Below, one piece after another: positions 27,265 through 42,780 of a stretch of 64,000 nt of DNA. The DNA comes from Eledone cirrhosa (lineage: Eukaryota), in the NCBI GenBank assembly GCA_964016885.1, contig OZ024747.1, forward strand, positions 76,508,001-76,572,000. Reading direction: 5' to 3'. Made by a program: the position numbers and the translations under genes. The stretch's first letter is position 1, and the number at the start of each line of letters is the position of its first letter. A model generated the notes under the pieces. It ran no database searches. It was not told the origin of the DNA and saw only the letters and a program-made list of their open reading frames with translations.

Positions 27265-28401
27265 CACCCCACTTGCCGATTTTGCAATGGGTAAACCCTG
27301 CTTGCCAAGGGAGACGTAAGATCTTCTTTGTATTCTTTTATCGCTTCCTTTATTTCCTTCCTTCCCCCCTCTCTCCTTAGTCCTTCTACCCCAGCTCTTC
27401 TCCTTTGTCGGCGTCTTTTCTCGCCCACCCGAGGCTGCCCTTTGGCCCCTTGTAGCCTTAGTACCCCCACCCCCTCCCCTAGTCTAGGATAGATTTGGCG
27501 GACTCCGCCCTTTATAGCAGTTGGTTTAGACCCCGGATACTTGTCCCCTTTTTCCGACCGCTCCCACTATTCTCTGTGCCCTCTATATTTCTTAGTGGCA
27601 CTTATGCCTTATTTTTTCGTTTCAGTATTTCTTTCTTCGCTTTTCTTTTGGGCGGGGTGGATTCTGAATTTATTCTTCCGTATTCTACCTTTACTTCGTA
27701 CGAACTTTCATGTAGCTTGTTCTAGATCTTTTAGAGTTAGCATTAGTATATATTTTTCTCGGGACTCAGAATTATTATCTCGTATTAGTTCACTTTGCTG
27801 CACTGGGTGGTTGCTGGAATTGCGCCCGGGATGGAAACCTTTATTGTTTATTTCGTGGTAGTCTCTTTAGTATTTTGGCCCCTTTTGTTGACGCGTCACC
27901 GTATCATTTACGTACTTATACCTCTTAAAAGGGTCCTCGCCTATTCCGTCCCACCTAGTTCTTTTACTTATTTCGTTATTTCTTTATTTCTTTCTTTACT
28001 TCTTTCTTTCTTTATTTATTTATTTATTCTAGACTAACAATAGCTAGAGACCTAGGTCGTAGAATTTAATTTACTTTACTTTTTTCTTTACACTCATTTG
28101 TTTTTCTTTACACTTATTTGCTTTTCTTCACTCTCAGTATTTTTTTTTTTCTTTCCTATATATTTCTACCCCCTATTGTTCTACCTACCGTTCCGACTTC
28201 CTCCCCCTCCCCCTCCCCCTCCCCTGTATCTTCTTTGACCTCATGCCCAGCTGTGGCTGGCACTACAAACGCTTGATTGGGGCTACTCCACCCCCTCCCC
28301 TCTTTCTCCTACTGGCAGGTTTAGCCACCATCTCCCCTACTAATTTGCAACCACAGAATTACTACTGATTTTTGACAATCACTTTGACCATATATGGAAT
28401 T

Positions 28402-28495
28402 ACCCCTTGAGAAGATCGGCTATTTAAATACCAGGATAAATTTTCATTTAGTCCAGAATTAGCCGTCGAAACGGCTTGAGCTCAGCTGTCGGGGT
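28402..28495 (+). ncRNA. Type I hammerhead ribozyme, U3-A8 core variant
   Basis: acccc-TTGAGAA-gatcggcta..tagccgtc-GAAA-cggc ttgagctca gctg-TC-ggggt. Three stems pair; predicted cleavage after 28490. Confidence 0.82.
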
Positions 28496-28505
28496 CTTAC
28501 TGGTT

Positions 28506-28625
<120 letters not shown>

Positions 28626-29594
28626 TATAAATATTATTGTAAGTGAATCTATGTCATTGGCGATAGTAAGGATAAGAGAACAAAGAAGTAAAAGACTGAG
28701 AATGGTGATGATTACAAGGTAATTATTGTTATCTTTATTAGTCATATTTTTCGAGATATAACCCTAACAAAATCTCATTTCTGAAAACAAAATCTTAGTT
28801 CATTTTTGGAAAACAAACGGAAATTTTTTGAAAGTTAACAAAAATGTTCAAGATAATTATATGCTGTAAAAGCATTTTTCCACTGTATTTTCAGACTCTG
28901 GTGTTCGTGTTTGCTACAAAGTTACAATAACTATCCGCATGTATAATTTGCTAATGTCTTTACAGAAATTGAATTGCATTATTCAGAGTTGCAATGGACG
29001 CATTTCTTAACGGTCATAATTTTATTAAAATTTCTTAATATTCACCAACCAAGTCAGTGTAATTTCTTGGTTTTTCAACGTGTGCACAATACTTTAGTGT
29101 CAAGGGAAAAGAAAATCTTTCTTCTGCAAACATCTAGCCGCTACGGCCTTAATTCTCCACTATTTTTCCTCTTTTCTGCTCTCAACCACCCACACATCAT
29201 TCACACATACACTCTACGTGCACACCGACACGAATGCACCACACCAACAAAATATAACACACACACACTCGCATCCACTCTTCCACTGTTCTGATCTATA
29301 AACTTGATCTTTGTGTCTCCTGTACTCCAAATAAAGGATTAACGTTCGATAATTTGAACTTTCTTTTTCATCATCTCTCTCAAGCGTGAAACTAATAAAA
29401 CTATTGTCATTGTATCTCTATCTTTGACCTCCATTTCAACTGTATCGACAATCGGACCAAGAAAACAATGTTTCCATTGGTCTTTCCAATTGCTAATACT
29501 ATCTCTCGGTCGCAACATAAATAAATAAATAAATTATACACACACACATACATATATATATATATGTATGTATTAATAGAGAAGGATAGAGACA

Positions 29595-29626
<32 letters not shown>

Positions 29627-29806
29627 TGTATATATATATGTGTATATAGAGAGGGAAAGAGACACACACACACATATATATAGAGAGAGAAAGAGAGAGA
29701 GAGAGATACGGAGAGACCCACACGCATCCTATATATATATATGTGTGTGTGCGTGTGTGTGTGTGTGTTTCTATATGTGTGTCCATGTGAATAGATAAAA
29801 GTGAGC

Positions 29807-29837
<31 letters not shown>

Positions 29838-30548
29838 GGGGGAGTAAGTTTGAGATACTAGTATCTGAATTGATATGTAAAGTGTTATAAGGTAAACTAT
29901 CGCCAGAGAAAGAACGTCAAGAGAACTAATTACTATAGAACAGTTCTAGACAATTCCTGTGTGGAGAGGATTTGCTGAAAATAGTGAAATGTGTCAATGT
30001 GAGATGTTATTGTTCTGTTGTTCAATTATTGAAGACAGGACATTGATGGATTAATTGTGGAATTATGATGACAATTCTTCAAGTATTTGACCACATACAC
30101 ACAGAGACACACACAACCACACACATACACAGACACACAGGCAGACACACATACATACACAGACATACACACAGACAGACACAGACACATACACACAGAC
30201 ACACATACACAGACGCACATACACACACACATACACAGAATCACATATACATACACATGCACACATACACACACACACGCAGACACACATACACACACAT
30301 ACACACACATACACACATACACACAGGCAGACACAGACGCATACACACACACAGACACACAGACACAGACACACATACACACACATATACACAGATACAC
30401 ATATACACACACATGCACACAAACACACATACACACATACACACAGACAGAGACACACACATATACACACAGACACACACATATTCACCTGAACTCTTCC
30501 ATAATTTAAATACGATTAACCTGTTTTTACCACCGTGTATTCATTTAT

Positions 30549-30616
<68 letters not shown>

Positions 30617-30736
30617 AATATATGTGTGTATATATATAAAGAGAGGGAGAGAGAGGGGTCAGAGGGGGAAAAGAGAGATAAGTGACCTATGATTTCACAC
30701 GAATGAAATAGTTCTAGGTAGTAGTAGTAGTAGTAA

Positions 30737-30799
<63 letters not shown>

Positions 30800-33758
30800 G
30801 TGAATAAAAGGGAAACGACGAAAAACATCCATCATATTTTGTTTTAAGAGGGAGCCAGAGAAGGCTCGTAACTAATTGAACCCATTAGTGAAAGTAAAGT
30901 CCTTCTTTGGTAACAAGATACTGAGAACCCAATCATTTGGGTTCAACCCTTGCAGATGTGATCACGAGAACAAATAAATACCTGGAGTCTTTTTTGAAAT
31001 CTTCTAAAGATGGAGAAATAACTTAACATACATTGGGTCGAGAAAGAGGATCTGTAAATATAGCAGGAATTAAAAAGGTAAAGTGGCGGAGATATTTTAA
31101 GGGAGAAACCTTCAACATAAAAGAATCGATCGACTTTCATCAAATCGGACCGAGGAAATAATGTTTCCGTTGGTCTTTCCAATTGCTAATACTATCTATC
31201 GGGTGCAACTCCAAGTAGAAGGAGCAACGTGAGATACAGTGTCTTTCTCAAAGACATAACGCATCGCCTGGTCCAGGAATCGAACTCACAACCTCAAGTT
31301 TGTGAATCCAATTCTCTAACCACTCAGCCACATGCCTTCAACATAATAGACATAAAACATGTAGAAACATGTGTAAGATATAGTGCTGTTGTTTATATTA
31401 TTTAACGGCTGACATATCGCCTCCAACGTAAACTAATAAGTATGTTAATGTGTGCTTATGTGTATGTATGTATGTATGTATGTATGTGTGTGTGTGTAGG
31501 GGTGTATGTTTATATGTGTGTGTATGTATGTATGTGTGTATGTATGTATGTGTGTAAGGTTTATATGTGCATTCGTATGTATGTGTGTATATGTGCATGT
31601 GTGTATGTATGTTAATGTGTGAAGGTGTGTGCGTTTGTATTTGTGTATATGTGTATGTATGTGTGTATATATATATGTGTATGTTTGAATGTGTGTATGC
31701 GTGTATGTGTATATGTGTCTATTTGTGTAAGTGTAAATGTGTATATGTACGTGAGTATATGTGTATGTGCCTATGAGTATATGTGTATGTGTCTATGTGT
31801 GTATTTGTATGTAATACTTTGAATATATTTGGAAAACCATGTCCGTATATTTCCTCAAATTTGACTTCTAACACAGCCGACACACTTGGTTCCCCAACCT
31901 CTATCTATTCCCTTATATTGCATTGAACAGGTGACATCATACCTGTTGTCTAAGAAAGGCAAACCTTTTTCAACGAGCTACTAAATGAGTTTCTATGTAG
32001 TCGCTCGACCAGCTAGAAATAGTAGCTTTTGAGTCGATCAATGGCTTTAAAAAAAAAAACACTTTTCGGAGATGCCACGCATTGGAATTGAACCCGGCAT
32101 CATGGTTTAGAACCCAACAGTGTAACCACCCAGCCATGTCTGCGCTATAGCCATTAAATAATGTATTGTTAGATGTGTGTGCATGGTCGTGTAACTCATA
32201 AGGGTGTCGTAGCGGCACCATGTTGACATACGGCGTTTCTTAGGGTATTCTAAAACAAGATGAAACCCATCTCCTCTCCGGGTATACATACAACAGATTT
32301 CTTCCAGAGATGGATAGAGAGGAGTAAAAGAGAGAGATAGAGGAAGAATCGACCCCAGTACTTGACTTGTACCGCGATTTGATGAAAGGCAAATTCGACC
32401 TCGGCGGGATTCGAACTCAGAGAAACAAAACGAATACAACCAAGAATTCTATCGATTCTGCCAATTCCCAGTCTTATTGTTAGAAATACAATGTCTATAT
32501 TTACGGTTTGAATGCTTTCGATAATATATCTGTTCCAACTAAATGGTACCTGCGGCCATACAGCAGCATCTGGGTGTAGAAATCTCATAGAGTATTGTAG
32601 TATGAGAAGGAGAGATGAAGAGATGAGAAGGATTTACAATGAGATGGTGAAGACAGAGTGTCAGTCGGGAAATGGGAATGTCTTTCTTTATCTATGTTTG
32701 GGTATGTGTGTCTATGTGTGTGTCAGTATGTGTGTGTAAGTGTGTGCGTGTGCGTGTGTTTTATATGTATGTATGAGTGTGTGTGATTATGTTTGTGTGT
32801 GAGAGTGTGTGAGAGTGAGTGAGTTATTAAATGATTGTGAGTATGTGAGTGGCGTTTGAAGGAATGAGTGAGTGAGTGTTTGAGTAAGTGTGTGTGTGTA
32901 TGTATGTGTGTGTGTGTGTGTGTGTGAGTGAGTAAGTGAGTGTTTGAACGAATGAATGAGTATGTATGAGTATGTGTGTGTGACTGAGTGAATGTGAGAG
33001 TGGGTGAATGTGAGAGTAACTGGGTGAACGAGAGAATGAGGAAACGATAGAATGAGGAAACGAAAGAGATACATTACTAGTGAAAAAGTGTTACATAAGA
33101 GAGATGATTACACAGGAAGAAAGAGAGAGAAAGTCTTAATTGCAGAGCTTTAAAGTGACGAAGAATCAAAGAATAAGAGAGGAAACAATATAGAAATGTA
33201 GAAAGTGTAAGTAAACTAAGAATAACAATGTAGACGTTAGATACTTCTAGAAAGAAAAGAAACAGGAAGTAATATCGTGACAAACAGATGTAAGAAAGAA
33301 ATCTTTAGAAAATAGAGAGAAAGAAAAGTAAGAAGATATAGAAGAGGAGAAAATTCGAAGAAATATTTATATTAAGAGATAAGCGGTATTTGTTGGTTTT
33401 TATTTATTCATTTATTCTTTATTTGGTTAAACATAGAGAAAAAGAAAGTAGTGTAGGAAAGGATTATAAATGCCATAATGTAATGAGAGGATGGGGGAGC
33501 AATGACTACTAAACAGAAGAAGAAAGAGGGAAGGGAAAAGGGTTGTGGTAAGAATTGTTACAACTAGCATGTTACATTGACTTGCAGTATATCTCCCTTC
33601 TTTAAATCCTGAAATCCGATCGACATTATCTTTCATACCTACCAGATCGATAAATACGCTTTAAATACTGGGATCGAATTAATCCGTTGTGCACCGCTCT
33701 GCAGATATTTAGCAGTGTGTGAATATGTTAGAAATCATTATAATAATTATTATTATTG

Positions 33759-34580
33759 CGTATCGGTAGAGGGTCGGACGCCATGCTTCCCAGCATAGTT
33801 ACGTCCCTTTACGATCTGAGTTCAAATCCCGCCGAGGTTGACTTTGCCTTTCATCCTTACGGGGTCGATAAAATAAAGTACCAGTAATGCACTGAGTATT
33901 TGCTGGCCTTGTGCCTAAAGTAGAAACAATTATTATTGCTAAGTACGAAAAGGTGGATTAGCAGTAATGGGGAGAGCGCCGGACAACATAGGTTCTGATT
34001 TCAAATCCAGCCCTGTTTAGCTTTGCCTTTTATCCTTACGGTGTCGATAAATTAAAGTACCAGTGACGCACTGGGGTCGATTTAATCGACTTTTCCCTCT
34101 TCTTTAAAATTGTGTGAGCGTTCTTAGGAAGTAGAATTAATCCCTCGCTCGGTTAAAATCACTATCTGATCATTGGGTGCTCTTAACGAATTCCATTCGT
34201 CTTCAGTCATCCGGACTAGATCTCCAGTCAACAGAGACCTTCCACCATTCATGCTAACAGTTTCGTAGTACCTGAATGGGGTTTATAATGTCAAGAAAAC
34301 CTTATTATTATTATTACAGGGTCGGACGCCATGCTTTGACGCATAGAGTTACGGCCCTTTCTATTCTGAGTTCTAATCCCGCCGAGGTTAACTTTGCCTT
34401 TCATGGTAGAGGGTTGGACAATATGCTTTCTAGCACAGTTACGTCCCTTTACGGTCTTAGTTCAAATCCTGTCGAGGTTAACTTTGCCTTTCATCCTTAC
34501 GGGGTCGATAAAATAAAGTACCAGTAATGCGCAGGGTAATTGCTGGCTTTGTACCAGAAGTAGAAACAATTATTATTGTT
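33759..34580 (+). mobile_element. Cluster of four major-SINE copies or fragments
   Basis: Units at about 33759-33937, 33951-34110, 34318-34404, 34405-34580. Confidence 0.85.
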
Positions 34581-36039
34581 ATTGTTATGGGTGATGAATG
34601 ACAGAATTGGGGGAAGGGATTAATCAAATGCATCTCATTAAGCTTTTAAGATCTAATCGCATTGTTGTCGTCTCTGAATTTTAATTCTTCAATGGTAGAT
34701 GAAATAAATACCAGTCACGTAATTGACGCTGATTTCATCGATTCTCCTCCATTACTCAGATATTTCTGACCCTATGCCTATGTTCGTAAAGAAAGTATGA
34801 TAAAACTAATGACAAAATAAAAATCAGATGTGAAGCTAGTTTCCGAGAAACAAAAATACACCTACACATAAAGAGGAAATCGACAGCGAGTAAGAGAGAG
34901 TTTGTGGAGGAATGGAGCGTAATGAAGAGGAAGTGAACATACTTAGAGAAAATACTTTGGGGAGATTTAAAGTGAATGAAATCAAGAGAGAAACGAATAA
35001 GAGAGAAGTCTGGAAGGAATAGTATTGAATAATGAAAGGAAAATGGAAAGTGGGTGATAAAAGGAGGAATTAAAAAGGGGAAAAGAATAGCAGAAAGGGA
35101 CAGAAAGGGATGGAAAAGGAGATTGAGAAAATGGGGGAAATTGAGAGACGCAGTCGGATGTAGGAAACGATGTTGTTATATAAGAAATAAAGGTGGTAGC
35201 AGCAGCATCACCAGCAATATCAGCATCGAAGACAAAAGCAGCAGGGTGTGGGATAATTTCATTGAAATACGACTGGTTAACAAGGAATTCTTGGTAACTA
35301 AATGTGGTATAGCGTGAAGTGGAACAAGAAAATTGATACTATAGAAGATGGTAGGTGGAGCTGTGAGAGGTGTAAAGGTATGTGTGTGTATGTGTGGATG
35401 TGTGTGTATGTATGTGTATGTGTGTGTATGTGTGTGTGTGTGAATGCCTGTGTATGTGTGTATGTGTATGTGTGTGTGTGTGTGTGTGTGTATGTGTGTA
35501 TGTGTGTATGTGTGTATGCGTGTGTATATATGTGTGTGTGCGTGTGTGTATGTGTGTATGGGTGTGCCTGTGTGTATGTGTACTTACTATTGAGTGAAAG
35601 TTGATGATGATACAGTAAGGAAGAGGAGAGTGTAAACCGGAAGCAGAAGACTTTCTTTAGCAGTTCTTGGGAGATTTTATTGAATTCCGATTATTTCTTA
35701 AGACTGGTATTACAATGGAGATATTGTTATCAATGATCGGTTATCTATTGAGTGTTAGGGTGGGTGTTGTTACATTGTAGGATGTTAGAGATGGTTGTAG
35801 GTTGTAAGTGTAGGGGAAGGTAGGAGATGGAGAGATGGAGAGATGGAGATGATGTGATTGGTCATGTATGGTCAACAAATATGAGTAAAGTATAGTGGAA
35901 TTATTGCTGGTAGTAATGCTAGATGGAATAAGTAATAGATGGACTGAATTAGCCCTGAGAGGTGGACTTAGAAAGATATGGATAGATGGAGGAACACAGC
36001 AACTGAGAGCCAGGGAAAGAAAAATAGAGCAAAAATTGT

Positions 36040-36270
36040 CTTAGATGGACTGGTCATGTCTTCCACATGAATAGCACTAGACTGTCACATCAAATCCTCT
36101 CTACAGAATTCAGCACGAGGCGCCACCATACGACGGTACAAAGACCAATTGTAACAGACAAGAAAAGTCCCAACATCGCCTCCAAGTTCTGGTAACTACT
36201 TACAGTAGAAAAAGACAACGTGGAGTCATCTTAACCAGAACAGTGCAGAACGTTTTGAAGGAAATCACTA
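36040..36270 (+). pseudogene. Highly degenerate RTE-type LINE C-terminal fragment
   Basis: Manual translation LRWTGHVFHMNSTRLSHQIL..RRYKDQL with frameshifts and stops. Confidence 0.55.
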
Positions 36271-36550
36271 CGTCGAAAGATTTGATAAAGGTAGCGAACC
36301 ATCAGATATGAACTGGGTGGACAATCTTTACACGAAAACATCGAACTTGCCAGCCTTATGAGTTACTGTAATAAATGAGGAAAGTTAAAAGAAGTAAAAC
36401 ATATATTCAGAAAACAGAAAGAGCTGAAATTTGTATATTGTCTTCTCCAAAATGCTAAAATGCACACGTGCTTTTTCTCAACAATATTTTTCCGTTCCTT
36501 CATCTTCTCCCCCACTGTTTCTCTCTTTCATCTTTTGTTCCTCATTCTAT

Positions 36551-36586
36551 ATTTTGATGAAGGACTAGTTTTCCGAAACTTAAAAA
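36551..36586 (+). ncRNA. Degenerate Neptune-type hammerhead remnant
   Basis: TTGATGA-A-gga ctagttt tcc-GAAA-c-TT-aaaa plus shared tail ..caaactaatatatttcttca. Confidence 0.4.
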
Positions 36587-36710
36587 CACATTTCCTACTA
36601 TATCACGCGACAAACTAATATATTTCTTCATTGTGTTATGGTATTTTGTTTTACACATTGTTGGCCTTGTGCCTGAATCAGAAACGTTTATTACATTGAC
36701 ACATAATGGC

Positions 36711-36925
36711 CATGGATTGGTAATATGGGTAGAGCGTCGGACAACCTGCTTTGCGGCATATAGTTACGTCTCTTTACATTCTGATTTCAAATCCCATCGA
36801 GTTTAGTTTTGCTTTTTATCATTACGGGGTCGATAAAATAAAGTACCAGTAACGCACTGGGATCAATTCAATCAACTTTCCCCACCTCAAAATTGTATCC
36901 CTTGTGCCTAAATAAAAAAATCGTT
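36711..36925 (+). mobile_element. Major SINE, diverged
   Basis: Head, core and tail recognisable. Further diverged copies at about 2325-2520, 22792-22902 (-), 32351-32465 (-), 58349-58500, 61620-61772. Confidence 0.75.
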
Positions 36926-37383
36926 ATTACTATTGACACATTCTTGTCATTAATTTATATGAGCTTCTTCTAAGACTTTATTTAACTACCTGTAAAATTC
37001 CTATTGTCAAAATAGTATTATTCTTTTGCCCGCCAGGAAGAAAAAAATATGTCGCTGGAAAATATCAACTGCGTCATCAAACAATTATTCTTTAAGGGAT
37101 ACGGTTCATTATTTTAATGAAATCTAAACGCCTCTTCTAACTCTGAAATTATCTTTAATTTTGCATAGAAATCTGTAGGAAAATTCTTTGAACAAAGGAT
37201 TTCGAAATACTAACACGTGTTATCCAAATTTTACTATTTTGTTAAAAAGTATAAATACAAAAAGAGCAAGTATTTTTTTCTTAATTGATATATATAAATA
37301 TACATAAATATAAAAATAATTATATATAAGTATATATGAATGTATATAAATATAAAATACATAAAAAATAAATAAATAAATAA

Positions 37384-37471
<88 letters not shown>

Positions 37472-37924
37472 CATTTATTAGTAATAATGTATAACCATAA
37501 TTCTTATTTTGGTAGTTCTGCATCGGAATCCATAAATCATCCGTGTTATCACACTGTTTTTTGCCTTCATTTCATTTTCTGTTTTACTAATTGATGTTTA
37601 CTATTCAATTTTTCTTGTTTATTGTTTTTAGTTCAATTCAGTTTCATTGTTCAAGAAAAATAATACGGCAATTTTATCCAGTTAGTTATTTTCCGTTTCA
37701 CTTAGCACGTTTTTCATTGTATTAAATAATTAATTCTGTAGAGGGTTTTGAATTTGTAGTAGTTATATGTGGAAATAATGGCGAGATAACAAAATACAAA
37801 ATTAGATGGAAATGCTGTTGCTCGTTCAGGTTTTGATATTTAAACGAACATATATTTAAACAGAAATATAGGGACTCGCATAGATAGATAATAACGTAAT
37901 ACATCGATATCTATATATCTATCT

Positions 37925-38920
37925 ATATAGAGGAGATCCATCTACTGTCAACACCCTTCCAACGGAGGGCTGGGCATGCCGTGGCTAATGATGCGCAAAC
38001 ATGCGCTGAGGCTACGGCATCTCCAGATATTCCTCACCGACCAGCCGGTGTGGGCACCGTTTGTGAGACAGGCCTTCCCACAACTTGTCTCGCTGACGGA
38101 GCTGCAGTCCTGGGTCAAGCGAAGACCGAAGAAGATGGGCGACTGGCATATTGAATGCGCCCAGGCGCTCACAGTCCTCTGTCAAGCTGGCACAGCAATC
38201 AGTGGAGACTCCACTTCGACATTCTATACAAGTGCGATGTCGTGCTCGGTGAGACTCTAGGCGTCGAAGACGACGAGCTCACCAGTCTGTTCGGTAGGAC
38301 TTTCCGCCCGGGACCTATGGACAACTTCCAGAGGTCCCTGGCCTGGAAGTGCTACCGAGGAGCTCTACCCGTTCGAGACAAGATCTACAGGCACGTATGC
38401 TCCGGCAGGGATCCTTCCAAGAGGACGTGTCCAAGATGCGAGCAGGACAGTGAAACCGTCTTGCATGCAAGTGTACACTACCCAGGCGTAAGCGACCTGT
38501 GGAACTATGCAGAACAACTGCTATCGCGTATGGGACGTATGGGACAAATCCAGTTGACTGCCGAGTTCATAGTAAGGATCAAACCGCCAGCCTCTTTCAA
38601 AAACGAAAGAGAGGCACTGCACCCAATTAAATTAACTGAAAGGTGGATGAATGAAGCGAAAATGGCCCGAGTGATTGGGCCTGTTGGTTAAAGAGGAGAG
38701 CAAAAAGAAGTAAGGGGCACTTGCACAACACGCTCCTGAAGTTGAGGGTTGTTCTATCGACGGGGTATTAAACAACCCATTTGTGGTGCCTCCCTCCTAT
38801 TGGGGATTTCGATTGTTATAATTGTTTGTTTCAATATTTGTACACGACTGTATGTAAAGTCCCCGGCATGTGTCTTTGTATTGTCTCCTCTTCTTGTGCG
38901 CCCTTGTGGCAAATAAAGAA
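37925..38920 (+). pseudogene. L1/Tx1-clade LINE ORF2 C-terminal fragment (zf-RVT region) with 3' UTR
   Basis: GGLGMP..; RSLAWKCYRGALPVRDK; CPRC..ETVLH; frameshifted; ends aataaagaa + TA repeat. Confidence 0.8.
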
Positions 38921-39348
38921 ATATATATATATATGCCTGTCTCTCTATCTAACTATGTATGTATCTATCTAACTGTCTATATATTTATCTATATATCTAT
39001 CTAACCATCTATTTATCTATTTATCTATGTACCTAGCTAGCTAGCTATTTTTTTTTTTTATCTATCTATTTCTGTATTTATACATCTATCTCTTTGTCTG
39101 TCTATCTGTCTCTCTATCTGTCTCTTTATTCATCTATCTATCTATATCTATCATCCGGGGGTATGTGTTACCCATATGAAATGTCTCCCCCTATTGGGAA
39201 AATCGATTAATTTTTAAATTGCATTTGTGATAGTATTTTACACGTTTTTATTGTATGTAAACTTACCTGTGGCTAATAAAGAAACATATCTATCATTCTG
39301 TCGGGTTATCTTTCATTCTATTTATCAGTCTATTTCTCTCTCTCTCTG

Positions 39349-39403
<55 letters not shown>

Positions 39404-39581
39404 CTCTCTCCCTATCTCTCTCTATCTATTTTTCTCTTTAAATAGCTATACGGTGAAATATAAAAGACGAACGTCTATCGTTTAATCTCAGTTGATATTT
39501 TTATATCTCTCCATTAATTTGTCACATTGCTATAAAACACATAATTGCAATGACTACAAAACAGTATACATATATATATAC

Positions 39582-39688
<107 letters not shown>

Positions 39689-40057
39689 GCATTAAATAAA
39701 ACGCCATATTAATTCGAAATCAGAATATGTATTTCGGATTTTCTAAAATAATTTCATGTAGAGACATACAAGAATAAAAGATAACTGAGAGTTCAATATA
39801 TAAACAGCGTAAACCACAAGTAGTACTCAATACAGGTGCCTCATTTTTTATGTAGAATGGAGAAACTGATAACCCAGGTTTAATCTAAATTAATTCCATT
39901 AGCTCAGTAAAATTTTATTTCTTTTTTATTTTAATTTGACCAAGTTTGTTGGACATCTTCCATGAGCTCGGCCTGTCTCGAGTAATTCGAGACGGTTGCT
40001 TCTGACAGGCTCCACCGCAAGGAGTGTTTGAGGTATCTTCCCCATGACCCTCCCAGG

Positions 40058-40277
40058 ATAATAATAATTGATTCTGCTTAAGGCACAAGGCCAGCAGTTT
40101 GAAGGGAAGAGAAAAATCGATTAAATCGGCCCCAGTACGTAATAGGTACTTTATTTTATAGACCCCGCAAGGATGAAAGGCAAAGCTAACCTTAGTGGGT
40201 TTTGAACTCGGGCCGTAAAGGGCCGTAACTCTATGCTGCAAAGCATAGCGTCCGACCCTCAGTCCGCTACCGATACT
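40058..40277 (-). mobile_element. Major SINE
   Basis: Reverse complement of the SINE consensus. Confidence 0.85.
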
Positions 40278-40290
40278 GAAGAAGAAGAAG

Positions 40291-40322
<32 letters not shown>

Positions 40323-41436
40323 TGTATATGTATATAGATAAATATATATAAACATAGACATGCATATGTTTATATACATATATATATATATAAAGAGAGA
40401 GAGAGGGGGGGGGGGGAACTGACAGAGAGAAAATATATTTCGTTCAGCGGAATCAAAAGTGTATAAAATTATGGATCAGTGTTTAAACATATACATATCA
40501 CACATAAAATTACCTGAAAGTAAGGTTATGTGAGTTTCTTGATAGAGAATTAATTGTATAAATGCAAAGAAAAAAATGTGTTAAGTGAAAAATCGAATTG
40601 AAATAAGTTAACAAAATAGCCATGTTGTTATAAAGCACAATGAATTGGAAAGAAATTTTAAACAATAAACTATAAACGACGAACATCAATTACTAAATAT
40701 TTAAATATGGCAATCAATGGCGAAAAGTACGTAATTCCTTACGATAAAACCGAGGATTTGTCTATTCTTATACCGGAACCACCAGAATAATGATTGTATT
40801 TATTACCACAATAGCTGTTTATATATCTATATATTTTTCATTTTAATTTATTTACGCGCTGCGTCAATTTACTTTGTATTAATTTTGTTTATGTTCACGT
40901 TGGTTTTGTATTTATTTCCGTAGAATAAGAACAGTAATCGGATAACATGTGTTACCGTTACGATGTACTTTTGCTCAAATCAATATTTCTACAGTTTTCT
41001 ATGCAACATTTAAAATAATTTCAGAGTGATAAGAAATGTATAGATTATATAAACATTATAAAGCCGATCTTTCAAATAGAATAATTGGTTGTCGTCGCAG
41101 TTGATATTTACAACAGACAATATGTTGTCTTCCTGGGGACAGAATTGAGAAGGCTTTACTTTTTCTTTTTTTTTTTTTTTTTCTTTTCCTTTTTATAATG
41201 CACGCTTTAAATGCATTTATGTTGAATATTGGGAGAAAATTTATATACATTCATAATAATGGGAAGAAGAAGAAGAAGAAGAAGAAGAAGAAGAAGAAGA
41301 AGAAGAAGAAGAAGAAGAAGAAGAAGAAGAAGAAGAAGAAGAAGAAGATGACGACGACCTTGAACACGATGATAATCTTAGACAACCAGTCTTTCATCAA
41401 CTTGCGTCTCCTTCTCTCTTTCTCTCTCCATCTCTT

Positions 41437-41510
<74 letters not shown>

Positions 41511-41942
41511 CCTCTCTCTTTTCTTCTTTATTTTGCTCTCGACGGCATATGTGTTTCTCTAACAATGGTTCCATATTGCTGTCATTTAATATTGCCACAA
41601 ATTTGATGGCTTTCCTTTGCACATTTTCTACCAGAAAATTTAATCTTTATTTTCTGAGAGACAAAATATTATTTGAAGCATGTCGTGATATATATGTGAA
41701 GGATTCTTATGTTTGTCTACTAAGACTAAATATGTTATTGATAATTCAATCGCAGTTACATCTATTCAAAGAATTTCAAATATGATTGATGTATTTCTTA
41801 TTCATATTCTAAGAATGTCAAAGCGGCAGATTTAACAAGAGAGCTGGAATTTGAAATCAAATCTTTGTCATAATGTCTGTTGAGTATTTATAAATCATCT
41901 AGAAAGCTGACTACATTAAAAATTCTGTTTTCATTATAAATT

Positions 41943-42024
<82 letters not shown>

Positions 42025-42054
42025 CTATATGTATGCATACATATAATATATACA

Positions 42055-42133
<79 letters not shown>

Positions 42134-42780
42134 ATATATATATAGATATATATACAGAGAGAGAGTATATGTATGCATACATATAATACATGCATGTATA
42201 TATATATAATTTTATATTTAGAACATTATAAATAATTCATTTCAATGTGCTTATTAAGACTTTTTAGTCTTTGGATTTTCTGTCTGGTTTAAATATTTAG
42301 ATTGATTTAGATTAATTTTAATTCTTGTAGACACTTATTTTCTTCTCTGCATTCCCTTTAATAATTTATTTAGATTGTTATGTATTCGTTTGTTTCAAAT
42401 GTTCTCGAATAATTTTAATTCATTCAGATATTTATTTCGTTCATGCAATTCTATTTAATAATATATGTAAACGTTTTCTTGAATATTTTAGGATATGTTT
42501 AGTCAATAACTTTATATATAGACAAATATTGTTGAATAATTTATTTAGGTTAATTTCAATAACTTTTAGCTTTATTAAGACGTTTAGTCGTAATGTTTAT
42601 CAAACTCGGGTTTCCTTCCTATTATTTCCTTTTTGTCTTTTCTGGATTTGTCATTCGTATTAAGAATTTTAGTTGTAGGTTAAGATGTATGTCTTTAATA
42701 AGCGTTATAACTACATGTAGTTCTGGTGTGGATAAAAGTGATTACAAGGGTTTCGGTAAATTAAACGAATATTTAATGTA

